Source: Armatimonadia bacterium (GTDB taxonomy: Bacteria > Armatimonadota > Zipacnadia > UBA1398). From it: a stretch of 40,566 bases of DNA. This document shows positions 9,680-17,825 of this stretch, piece after piece (within the stretch, counting starts at the first letter, position 1; every line of letters starts with the position of its first letter). The DNA lies in contig WJIW01000117.1 of NCBI GenBank assembly GCA_014730065.1, positions 1 through 40,566 of the forward strand, given 5' to 3'. A model generated the notes under the pieces. It searched no databases. It was not told the DNA's origin and saw only the letters and a program-made list of their open reading frames with translations. Position numbers and translations under genes: made by a program.

Positions 9680-10357
9680 GTGATCTCGGTGGTGATCCCG
9701 GTACTGAACGAGGCCCAAGCTCTGCCCCCGGCGCTGGAGCGCGTCCGGCCGCTATTCAGTGGCCACGAGATCATCGTGGTCGATGGCGGTAGCGACGACG
9801 GCACCCCCGACTTGGCCGCGTCCTACGCTGGCGTGCGGGTCATCGAATCTCCGCCGGGCCGGGGGCGGCAGATCGACTGCGGGGCGGAGGGGGCCGAGGG
9901 GGATGTCCTGCTGGTGCTCCATGCCGACGCCGGGCTGGATGGCGGCAGTCCCGCGGCCATCGAGGAGGCCGTGGCATCGGGCGCCCGATGGGGGTGGCAT
10001 CCGGTGAGGTACCGCTCGACGTGCAAGGCGCTGGGCCTCATCGCTCGGAGCATCAACGCGGCGGCCCGGGTGCTCAGCGCACCCTTCGGCGAGCACGCCA
10101 TGTTCGCGACACGGGAGGCGTGGGCGGAGGCCGGTGGGTGTCCGCACGTGCCGCTGCTCGAGGACCTGATCCTGGCCCGTCGACTACGGGCCCTGTGCAG
10201 GGGCGTGCCCCTGGCTGCTGGTGTCGAGGTCAGCGCCCGACGCTACGAGCGGTGGGGCGTGATGCGAATGGGCTTGGTTAGCTCGGCCATCCTCGTGGGG
10301 GGGGCCCTCGGCATCGATCCCCGCAAGCTCGAGAGGCTCTACCCGGACGTCCGGTGA
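9680..10357 (+). CDS. Family 2 glycosyltransferase, TIGR04283-like
   Basis: SVVIPVLNEA, IIVVDGGSDDGT, GRGRQ, LLVLHADA, PLLEDL, VSARRYERWG. Confidence 0.8.
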   Translation: MISVVIPVLNEAQALPPALERVRPLFSGHEIIVVDGGSDDGTPDLAASYAGVRVIESPPGRGRQIDCGAEGAEGDVLLVLHADAGLDGGSPAAIEEAVASGARWGWHPVRYRSTCKALGLIARSINAAARVLSAPFGEHAMFATREAWAEAGGCPHVPLLEDLILARRLRALCRGVPLAAGVEVSARRYERWGVMRMGLVSSAILVGGALGIDPRKLERLYPDVR

Positions 10358-10362
10358 TCCCG

Positions 10363-11352
10363 CTACTTGGCGAACATCCCCCCACCCGAGCGCTCCTCGT
10401 CGCGATCCGTGGCCATGGGCACGGGGGGCGTGAGGGCGGAGATGTCCTCCCACTCTTCGGGCGTCATGGAGTAGTCGGCGGCTTCCAGAGAGGGCTGAAG
10501 CTGCTCGGGGTTGCGGGCGCCGATGATGGGCGCGGTAATCGCCGGATGGGCCTTGACCCACGCCACGGCCAGGGTCACGGGGTGGATGCCCTTGATCGAC
10601 GCGAACTCCGTGAAGCGCTCGGCGGTCCGGTGGTACATCTCGCGCCGGTAGCGCTCGGCGTACATCTCGTTGGAGGAGAGGCGGCCTTCGGCGTCACTGG
10701 TGCCAGCGTACTTGCCCGTTAGCAGCCCGCCGCCCAGGGGGCTGTACGAGATCACGCCCAGGTTCTCTTCGGCGGCCATGGGCAGGATCTCCACCTCCGC
10801 CGTCCGCTTGGCCAGGCTGTACATGGGCTGCAGGACGTGTATGGAGTTGAGACCCAGGCGGTCACACTCCCCGAGGGCCTTGGCCGTCCGCCATGCGGGC
10901 CAGTTGCTCACTCCGGCGTACCGGATCTTCCCTTGGGTGACCAGATCATCGAGGGCTCGGAGGGTCTCGTGGAGGTCGGGGCGGCCGTCGTAGGTATGGC
11001 AGAAGTACACGTCGATGGTGTCGGTTCCGAGGCGCTTGAGGGACGTCTCCACGCGCCGCATGATGTACCGCCGGCTGAGGCCCTTGGCGTTCCGGTCCTC
11101 GCCCGACGGCATGCCCACCTTGCTGGTGATGACCAGCTCGTCGCGCATCCCCGCCATCAGCTTGCCCAGGATCTCCTCGGAGCGGCCGCCGGCGTAGATG
11201 TCGGCACAGTCGAAGAAGTTGATGCCGGTGTCCAGGCACATCTCGAAGAGCTTGGCCGAGGTCTCCTCATCGGCCTCTCGGCCGAAGGTCATGGTGCCGA
11301 AGCACAGGGTCGAGACGCTCACGCCCGTGCGTCCGAGTAGGGTGTAGTCCAT
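10363..11352 (-). CDS. Aldo/keto reductase
   Basis: LGRTGVSVSTLCFGTMTFG, FDCADIY, SEEILG, GKIRYAGVSN, YSPLGGGLLTGKY, IIGARNPEQL. GGGAGG SD. Confidence 0.93.
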   Translation of the reverse strand: MDYTLLGRTGVSVSTLCFGTMTFGREADEETSAKLFEMCLDTGINFFDCADIYAGGRSEEILGKLMAGMRDELVITSKVGMPSGEDRNAKGLSRRYIMRRVETSLKRLGTDTIDVYFCHTYDGRPDLHETLRALDDLVTQGKIRYAGVSNWPAWRTAKALGECDRLGLNSIHVLQPMYSLAKRTAEVEILPMAAEENLGVISYSPLGGGLLTGKYAGTSDAEGRLSSNEMYAERYRREMYHRTAERFTEFASIKGIHPVTLAVAWVKAHPAITAPIIGARNPEQLQPSLEAADYSMTPEEWEDISALTPPVPMATDRDEERSGGGMFAK

Positions 11353-11380
11353 CTCCGTCGCCTCCCATGGTGCGCGGCCG

Positions 11381-11389
11381 TGGTATCCT
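11381..11389 (+). promoter_or_regulatory. Candidate extended -10 for a leaderless MFS transcript
   Basis: TGGTATCCT ends 7 nt before ATG 11397, and no SD precedes that ATG. Confidence 0.35.
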
Positions 11390-11396
11390 CTGCCCG

Positions 11397-12578
11397 ATGC
11401 AGACCTCGGGGAGCCGCGCCTTAGTCATCGCACGCATCTTCCTGATGGCCTGGGTGCTCATCGCCGGGGCCATCTTCACCGGGCTCATCGGGCCCGTTCG
11501 AAGCTCCATCCAGGAGACCTTCGGCATCGATGAAGCCCAGTTCAGTCTGTGGCTGGCGGCGGTTCAGTTCGTGTCGTCGGGGGTCGTCCTCGCCGCCGCG
11601 CCCAGACTAGGCCGGCTGAACCCCATGAAGCTCATGGTGGCGGGGCTCGCCGTCAGTACCCTTGGCCTCTTCGTCTGCTACCGGGTGCCCACCTTGGCGG
11701 GCTGGCTGGGCGGCTGGTCGGCGGTGAGCTTCGGCCGGTCCCTGGGAGCCATCGCCAACAACATCGCCATGGACCTGTGGCCCGACCGTCCGCGGCGGGG
11801 TGTGGTCCTGCTCCATGCCTGGAACAGCGGGGGCAAGGTCCTCGGGCCCATCGTGGTCGCCCTAACCCTGGGCTGGTTCGCGATCCAGTGGCGGGGGAGC
11901 TTCCTGGCCCTGGCGGTGCTGTCGGCCGCCTTGCTGGGGTTCTTCTCCCTGACGGGCGGGCCGACGATCCGGCACATGGCTCTGCCGAAGGAAGAGGTGC
12001 CCGCACCCAGCCACCGGGCCTTCCGCAATCCTCTGTTCTGGCACTGCGCCACCCCCTTCGCCCTCATCGCCGGTAGTGAGGCGGCCTTCTCGTCGCTGGC
12101 GCCCCTGTACTTCGAGCGGATGCATGGCATGACCCGGGAGGTGGCCAGCCTGCTTCTCACGGTCCACGTCTTGGGGCTCATGTGCGGCCGGTTCGCCGTG
12201 GGGCTGTTCGGGGAGCGGCTCAGCAACCGGACCATCATCGGCATCTGCGTCGGCGCGGGCGTCGCGCTGTTCCCGTGCATGTTCATCGCAGACCCCTACT
12301 TGGTCTCGATCCCGCTGTTCGTGTACGGCCTGACCTTCAGCGCGACCTGGCCCACCTTCTATGCCCAGGCGGCCCGGTTCATCCCCGAGGACCGGGACAT
12401 GCTGGCGTACACGAGCCAGCTCGCCAATCTGGTGGGCATCAGCGCATGCATCGCCCTCAGTGGATACATAGCGAGGCAGAGCCTGCCGTGGTCGCTCGTG
12501 TTCAGCGTGGCGGTGATGTGGATCTTCGCTCTGTGGTTCTACCTGGGCCCGGTGAGTCGGGAGCCGGCTAGCGGATGA
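11397..12578 (+). CDS. Major facilitator superfamily transporter (FucP/TsgA-like)
   Basis: About 12 hydrophobic helices, LLHAWNSGGKVLGP, and a central hydrophilic loop. Start is ATG 11397; the ORF track gives 11367. Confidence 0.8.
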   Translation: MQTSGSRALVIARIFLMAWVLIAGAIFTGLIGPVRSSIQETFGIDEAQFSLWLAAVQFVSSGVVLAAAPRLGRLNPMKLMVAGLAVSTLGLFVCYRVPTLAGWLGGWSAVSFGRSLGAIANNIAMDLWPDRPRRGVVLLHAWNSGGKVLGPIVVALTLGWFAIQWRGSFLALAVLSAALLGFFSLTGGPTIRHMALPKEEVPAPSHRAFRNPLFWHCATPFALIAGSEAAFSSLAPLYFERMHGMTREVASLLLTVHVLGLMCGRFAVGLFGERLSNRTIIGICVGAGVALFPCMFIADPYLVSIPLFVYGLTFSATWPTFYAQAARFIPEDRDMLAYTSQLANLVGISACIALSGYIARQSLPWSLVFSVAVMWIFALWFYLGPVSREPASG

Positions 12579-14109
12579 CGAGCCCCGTGACCCAGTCGCC
12601 AATGACCAGCCGGGGATCGTCTGCGGCCAGGGCCCGCCCGTTCACCGTCACGTTCTCGAACACAATGTCCCGAACGGGGCTATCCGGGCCGTCAGCCATG
12701 ACGACGACATGGGGCGTCTCAGAGTGGATCACGTTGATATTCCGGAACACCACGCCAGTGATCGAGCCCCGGGGCTGTTCGCGTGGTGGCGGGTCCGATT
12801 GCTTGTAGGGGTTCTGTGGGACCGTTGGCAGGTTCATGTGCCATCCGTCCCAGTTGTTGACCACCTTGATGGGCGCGTGGCTTTCTCCGCGAACATCCTC
12901 GATGACGATGTTCTCGAAGCGGAAGTTGGAGACGTTCCCCGGTCCCTGGAGCTCCAGACCGATGGCGCCTCGGGACGTGGGCGAGTCGGTGACGTGGATC
13001 GCGGTGCAGCCCTCGAAGATCACGTTCGAGAGATCGGCGTCGGTCTCATGGCAGAGGCCAAAGGCACCGCCCACGTCGTTCCACACCACGCAGTTGCGGA
13101 ACGTGACGTTGCTTTGGGGGACCCAGACCTTGATCTCCAGAGAGTCGTCGGCGTTGTGGCTGAAACAGTTCTCGACCAAGGCGTCGGAGGTGCCTCCGAC
13201 CACGATGCCGTCGTTGTTGACGTAGTGCCCGACGATTTTGACGTTGTCGATGTGCACGCCGCGGCTGTTGACCACATTCAGCGACCATACCGAGGACTCT
13301 CGGATGATGATGCCCTCGATGCTGAGATCCTCGATCTCCTGCACGCGGATCAGGTGCCCTCGCTGAAGCTGATCCAGGGCTCGGCGACCACACAGGATCC
13401 CGCGACCCCGGATGGTTACATCGCGCTGGTAGCTGCTGGTGAACATCCCGGGCTGCTCCCAGAGCTGGAGGCCATAGAGGAGCCCCGGCCAAGGCGAGAG
13501 GTCGCCTTCGGGAGCGGGTTTCAGGTGGAGCACGGCGCCCCCGGCGACGTACACCGTCTGGCCGCTCTGGATGTCCGTTACTCCGAGCTCATGGGAGCCA
13601 GGCCCGAAGTACAGGATGCCGGGGTCATCGGGGCTCGGAGGGTCGACCTCGAGGGGGTTGGCGAACAGGTGCAGGGCATGGGTTAGGCTGCCCCCGGGTT
13701 CGATGCTAAGCTGGCAGGGCTCGTCCAAGCTGAATCGTATCTCGTCATCCTCGACCGTCGGCTCGATGTCGTGGGCGAGGGGGCGCACCACGACGGTCCG
13801 AGTGTCCAGCCCCGCCTCGGTCAGGCCCGGCAGCAGGCGGACACGGACATCGACCGACCCCTCGAAGTCGAAGTAGGCAAAGGTCAGCGGGGATACGGGT
13901 CGGCCCGCTATGGTGTGATCCGAACGGGGGTCATAGCGGTAGGACGTATAGCAGAACACGGGCTGTCCATCTATCCAGACGCGGTAGTCGGGTGATGGTG
14001 CCTCGTCCTCGGGGGCAGGGTAGGTCACGACGCGGGCCGGGCCTGTGGAGTCTTGCCCAGCCGCCGTTACCATGCCCAGGGCAAGGTGGAGAGCTACAGC
14101 GAGGGTCAT
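12568..14109 (-). CDS. Secreted right-handed beta-helix glycoside hydrolase (GH28/GH49-like)
   Basis: Signal peptide from ATG 14109 (GGGAGG 5 nt upstream), LHLFANP, YFGPGSH, VYVAGGAV, VTIRGRGIL, NNDGI...NADDSLEIK acidic motifs, and repeated 'I.FENV' beta-helix turns. 513 aa. Confidence 0.8.
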   Translation of the reverse strand: MTLAVALHLALGMVTAAGQDSTGPARVVTYPAPEDEAPSPDYRVWIDGQPVFCYTSYRYDPRSDHTIAGRPVSPLTFAYFDFEGSVDVRVRLLPGLTEAGLDTRTVVVRPLAHDIEPTVEDDEIRFSLDEPCQLSIEPGGSLTHALHLFANPLEVDPPSPDDPGILYFGPGSHELGVTDIQSGQTVYVAGGAVLHLKPAPEGDLSPWPGLLYGLQLWEQPGMFTSSYQRDVTIRGRGILCGRRALDQLQRGHLIRVQEIEDLSIEGIIIRESSVWSLNVVNSRGVHIDNVKIVGHYVNNDGIVVGGTSDALVENCFSHNADDSLEIKVWVPQSNVTFRNCVVWNDVGGAFGLCHETDADLSNVIFEGCTAIHVTDSPTSRGAIGLELQGPGNVSNFRFENIVIEDVRGESHAPIKVVNNWDGWHMNLPTVPQNPYKQSDPPPREQPRGSITGVVFRNINVIHSETPHVVVMADGPDSPVRDIVFENVTVNGRALAADDPRLVIGDWVTGLVIR

Positions 14110-14124
14110 CGTCGCCTCCCGAGA

Positions 14125-14154
14125 CGGGCGCCCCACAGCGCGGCGGGGCGCCCG
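14125..14154 (-). repeat. 10-bp perfect inverted repeat (stem-loop without U tract) between the prepilin-like gene and the glycosidase
   Basis: CGGGCGCCCC (14125-14134) / GGGGCGCCCG (14145-14154). Confidence 0.6.
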
Positions 14155-14177
14155 GGTGTTCGACCAGATGATGACGA

Positions 14178-14921
14178 CTAGTTGTAGTCGACCTCCTCGA
14201 TGGGGAATGGCGTGTAGGTGCCCTCTTGGCAGGCCAGGTTCTCGGGCTTGATGCTGGCGAACCGGCCCCACTTGGCGTGGCCATCGCCGTAGGCGAAGTT
14301 CAGGCCACCGTTGTGGCGGACCCGAACTTGGCAGCCGAACATGCCCCAGCCATAGTAGTGGGAGTCAGACCATGCGTCGGGAGCGCAGCTCTCCCACATC
14401 ATCACCGTCTCGGCGGGATGGGCGAAGTCGGCGAGATGCCCCAGCCCCCAACCTACCATGGGCCCATGGTAGGCCCAATCGTTGTCCCACTCGGTCCAGA
14501 TCCACGATCCGGGCCCCGTCCCGATGCCATTGGTGCCGTAGGAGACCTCGAAGCCCCAATTGCCGTTGGAGTCCTGAACCGCATCGACATTAGCCGGTGA
14601 TACCCACGGAGCATGGTTGGGGTGGCTATGGCTCGGGCAGATCCGAAGCTGGGAGTTCTTGACATAGGGGTCGCACAGTGTGTGCCAGTAGATGAAAAGG
14701 CCATCGGCGGGGTTCTGGATGGTCGTCGGACAGTTCAGCTCATCGTAGTCCTGGGCGTAGGACATGAAGGCCGTGCCCCACTGCCGTACGTTGCTCAGGC
14801 ACGAAGTCTGGCGGGCCTTCTCCCTCGCCTTGGCGAACACGGGGAACAAGATGGCGGCCAGGATGGCGATGATGGCTATGACTACGAGCAGCTCGATCAG
14901 TGTGAAGCCGCGTGTCTTCAT
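14178..14921 (-). CDS. Prepilin-type N-terminal cleavage/methylation protein with DUF1559-like region and H-X9-DG motif
   Basis: MKTRG|[39 protein letters not shown]; C-terminal [25 protein letters not shown]. Confidence 0.9.
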   Translation of the reverse strand: MKTRGFTLIELLVVIAIIAILAAILFPVFAKAREKARQTSCLSNVRQWGTAFMSYAQDYDELNCPTTIQNPADGLFIYWHTLCDPYVKNSQLRICPSHSHPNHAPWVSPANVDAVQDSNGNWGFEVSYGTNGIGTGPGSWIWTEWDNDWAYHGPMVGWGLGHLADFAHPAETVMMWESCAPDAWSDSHYYGWGMFGCQVRVRHNGGLNFAYGDGHAKWGRFASIKPENLACQEGTYTPFPIEEVDYN

Positions 14922-15040
14922 GGTGCGACCTACCTCCTCATGGTTGCCAGGCCCGGTACCGCCCGGCGCGTGGTGCTCTCCCCCATACGGCTTGCCTGAC
15001 CAGACTCAGGCCGCCTCTGCTGGGTCGGCATCACCTCCAG

Positions 15041-16024
15041 TCATCTCAGGGCCGATCCCCTCAGCTCGAAGGGCGCCTCCAGCTGGTGCCCGACGACGGG
15101 GCCATCGGGATGCTCCAGCCGCTCGCGGAGCAGATCCCAAGCCGTCTCGGCGGTCTGCTCCAGGGGCTGCATGACGGTGGCCAGCGGCGGGTTAATGTAC
15201 CGTCCTTCGATGATGCCGTCACACGCCACCACGGCCACGTCATCGGGGATCCGCGCCCCGACATCGAACAATGCCCGGTACGCGCCCAACGCCAGATGAT
15301 CGCTGTTACAGAACAGACCGTCGGGCGGACCGTGAGTCTCGATGTACCTGAGGAGCCCTCGGCGCCCGCCCTCGGCATCAACGGTGGGAGAGAGGATCCA
15401 TGCAGGCTCTCTCCCCTCGCTTGCCATGAGTCTGGCGTACTCGGTGTGGCGGGCATCCCAGCGGTCGAAGCTCCCGGCCACGGTCAGCATGCAGATCGGT
15501 CCCTGGCAGACGCGGACGAGATGCTTCAGGGCAGCGGTAACGCCAGGTAGCAGATCGATGCCCACCCAATCCACTGACGTGGAATGGAATACCCCAACGG
15601 ACACGATGGGCGTGCCGCGGTGGGCCCAGTTGTCGGCGACCTCGACCAGGTCGGCGAGTACGATGCCATCCACGAAGTGCTCCAGCGAATCCAGGCGCGT
15701 GCTCTGGACGCTTAGGTCCTCTCCGGCCTGGGCGGTGATGACGTGATGGGACCGATCCTCGGCCACGCCCTGAAGGCGATCGAGGAAGTCGGGCACGTAG
15801 GGATGGTCGAGGGCCGGGACGGACAGGAGGATCATCTGGGTCCTGCCGGAGACGAGGGCGCGCGCCACACGGTTGGGCCGGTAGCCCAGCTCCGCCGCTA
15901 CCTTACGAACCCTCTCCGCAGTCTCGATCCCGACACTTGGCTGGCCGCTGCCGCTGAGGGCGGAGGAAGCCGCAGCCAAGGAGACCTTGGCGTGGCTGGC
16001 GACCTGTTTGAGGGTGACGCCCAT
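15041..16024 (-). CDS. LacI family transcriptional regulator
   Basis: TLKQVASHAKVSLAAASSALSG HTH, LGYRPNRVARAL hinge, DGLFCNSDHLALG, IPDDVAVVACDG, PPLATV. Start is ATG 16024. Confidence 0.92.
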   Translation of the reverse strand: MGVTLKQVASHAKVSLAAASSALSGSGQPSVGIETAERVRKVAAELGYRPNRVARALVSGRTQMILLSVPALDHPYVPDFLDRLQGVAEDRSHHVITAQAGEDLSVQSTRLDSLEHFVDGIVLADLVEVADNWAHRGTPIVSVGVFHSTSVDWVGIDLLPGVTAALKHLVRVCQGPICMLTVAGSFDRWDARHTEYARLMASEGREPAWILSPTVDAEGGRRGLLRYIETHGPPDGLFCNSDHLALGAYRALFDVGARIPDDVAVVACDGIIEGRYINPPLATVMQPLEQTAETAWDLLRERLEHPDGPVVGHQLEAPFELRGSALR

Positions 16025-16060
16025 GGCTTCGTCCGTTCGAGGGCACTTACACACTACCAT

Positions 16061-16095
16061 TTGACAATACTAAAACGCTTTAGTAGGATTGTCAA
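16061..16095. promoter_or_regulatory. Two overlapping divergent sigma70-type promoters enclosing a LacI-type operator
   Basis: Plus strand: TTGACA (16061-66), 17 nt, TAGGAT (16084-89). Minus strand: TTGACA (16095-90), 17 nt, TAGTAT (16072-67). Central palindrome TACTAAAACGCTTTAGTA (16068-85) has a CG core and one mismatch. The element is an AT-rich island in high-GC DNA. Confidence 0.85.
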
Positions 16096-16198
16096 GCGCC
16101 GTTCGAGTCCGCGCTTCCATGCCACAGGCGACGGGCGCCAGATGGATCCACAGTCGGCCTCGAACGAGACAAGCGCGCGCGACCGAGGAGGGAACGGC

Positions 16199-16405
16199 AT
16201 GTCCAGAAGTCAGTGGTGGACGACGGCATTGGTGCTCGCTTCACTGATGGCAGGTCTCTTGGTGGCCATCGCCGGGTGCACATCCAAGGGCGAGAACGTG
16301 GGTGCTGCCGCATCGGGCGATCCCGAGAAGAAGGCTCAGGGCAAGGCGATGATGGAGAAGGCACAGCGCGAGCGGATGGGTGGCGGCGCGAAGAAGGGCG
16401 GCTAG
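16199..16405 (+). CDS. Small lipoprotein (68 aa)
   Basis: GAGGAGGG SD, ATG 16199, hydrophobic signal ending in lipobox IAG|C, then a Lys/Gly-rich tail. It lies downstream of the plus-strand promoter at 16061-16089. Confidence 0.75.
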   Translation: MSRSQWWTTALVLASLMAGLLVAIAGCTSKGENVGAAASGDPEKKAQGKAMMEKAQRERMGGGAKKGG

Positions 16406-16486
16406 CACCCACGGATCTGGGCCGCGGCGTAGCGGCGCGGCCGCCGATTCCGGTGCTCGGATGATCGACGGCCACGCCTCGCCACA

Positions 16487-17785
16487 TCACAACTTGACGG
16501 CGAACTCCTCCAGTCGCCCGCGCAGGTCCTCGGGCACTCGGGCGACGACGCGTATGCCGTCCTCCGTGTACTCCTGCTCGAGCAGGCTGCCCCGCTCGTG
16601 CAGCTCCGAGACCAGGCTCATCTGGTCGAAGGGAAGATGGGCCTCGATCTGACGATCACCCGCCTCGGCGTGGCCGTCGATGGCCTGGATGAGCTCCTCG
16701 ATACCGTCGCCCGTGCGCGCCGAGACCTTCAGCACGTCGGGCTCGGAGGTCGAGGGCAGTCCATCGTCCAGCTTCGCGACGGTATCGCACTTGTTGAGTA
16801 CGGTCACGATGGGCAGGTCCAGGGCGCCGATCTCGTCCAAGGTCTCCAGGACGCTGCCGATCTTCTCCGCCGCTTGGGGATCGCCGGCATCGACCACATG
16901 GAGCAGGAGGTCCGCGTCCCGCGCCTCCTCCAGCGTCGAGCTGAAGGCGGCGATGAGGCTCGTCGGCAGGCGGTCGATGAATCCGACGGTATCGGTAACG
17001 ACCACGCGCCTGCCGCCCGGCAGCTCGACGCCCTTGGTGGTGGCGTCGAGGGTCGCGAAGAGCATGTTGTCCACGTACGTCTCCGCCCCCGCCAGCCGGT
17101 TGAGCAAGGTGGATTTGCCCGCATTGGTGTACCCCACCAGGGCGACCCGGAAGGGTCCCACGCCATCGCGCGAATCCCGCTCCATCCGCCGACGCTTGCC
17201 GATCTCCTCGATCTCCTTGCGTAGCCTGGAGATGCGGTTGCGGATGCGCCGGCGATCCACCTCCAGCTTCGTCTCACCGGGGCCTCGGGTGCCGATGCCG
17301 CCGGCTAGCCGGGAGAGCACCTCGCCCCGACCCATGAGCCGGGGCAGGCGGTACTCGAGCTGGGCCAGCTCCACCTGGACCTTGCCCTCGCGAGACCGCG
17401 CTCGGTGGGCGAAGATGTCCAGGATCACCTCGGTGCGATCCACCACGGGCGTATCCAGGATCTTCTCCATGTTGCGCTGTTGGGCGGGGGTCAGGGGGTC
17501 GCTGGTAGCGACCACCGTGGCCTCCTCCAGCACCAGCAGCTCCTTGGCTTCCTGGACCTTGCCCTTGCCCAGGTACGTCTTAGGATCGGGCTTACTTAGC
17601 TTCTGGCTCACCATGGCCACGGGGTCGAGCCACGCATTGCGAGCCAGCTCCTCCATCTCGGCGAAGGTGCGCTCGAAGGTGCCATCGCCCGGATCCATGC
17701 CGAGGACGATCGCACGCTCGGCCTGCTGGGCCAGGCCCTTCTCGGCGCGTATGTCTACCCAGTCAAAGCGTTGCTGTTCCGCCAT
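16487..17785 (-). CDS. hflX: GTPase HflX
   Basis: GKGKVQE, DRTEVILDIFAHRARSREGKVQVELAQL, GIGTRGPGETKLEVDRR, GYTNAGKS, LFATLD, DTVGFI, NKCD. Confidence 0.97.
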   Translation of the reverse strand: MAEQQRFDWVDIRAEKGLAQQAERAIVLGMDPGDGTFERTFAEMEELARNAWLDPVAMVSQKLSKPDPKTYLGKGKVQEAKELLVLEEATVVATSDPLTPAQQRNMEKILDTPVVDRTEVILDIFAHRARSREGKVQVELAQLEYRLPRLMGRGEVLSRLAGGIGTRGPGETKLEVDRRRIRNRISRLRKEIEEIGKRRRMERDSRDGVGPFRVALVGYTNAGKSTLLNRLAGAETYVDNMLFATLDATTKGVELPGGRRVVVTDTVGFIDRLPTSLIAAFSSTLEEARDADLLLHVVDAGDPQAAEKIGSVLETLDEIGALDLPIVTVLNKCDTVAKLDDGLPSTSEPDVLKVSARTGDGIEELIQAIDGHAEAGDRQIEAHLPFDQMSLVSELHERGSLLEQEYTEDGIRVVARVPEDLRGRLEEFAVKL

Positions 17786-17825
17786 GTGTCACTCCCTTGC
17801 ACAGGGAGGCACGCTTCCTCGGGGC

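Noticed and set aside
14110-14271. Longer start for the beta-helix glycosidase, suggesting overlap or fusion with the prepilin-like gene
   Set aside because: ATG 14109 has a strong SD and begins a signal peptide. The extension is in a different frame from the pilin gene.
15743-16198. N-terminal extension of the 220-aa ORF 15743-16405
   Set aside because: It overlaps lacI antisense and runs through the promoter. Only 16199-16405 has an SD and a lipoprotein signal.
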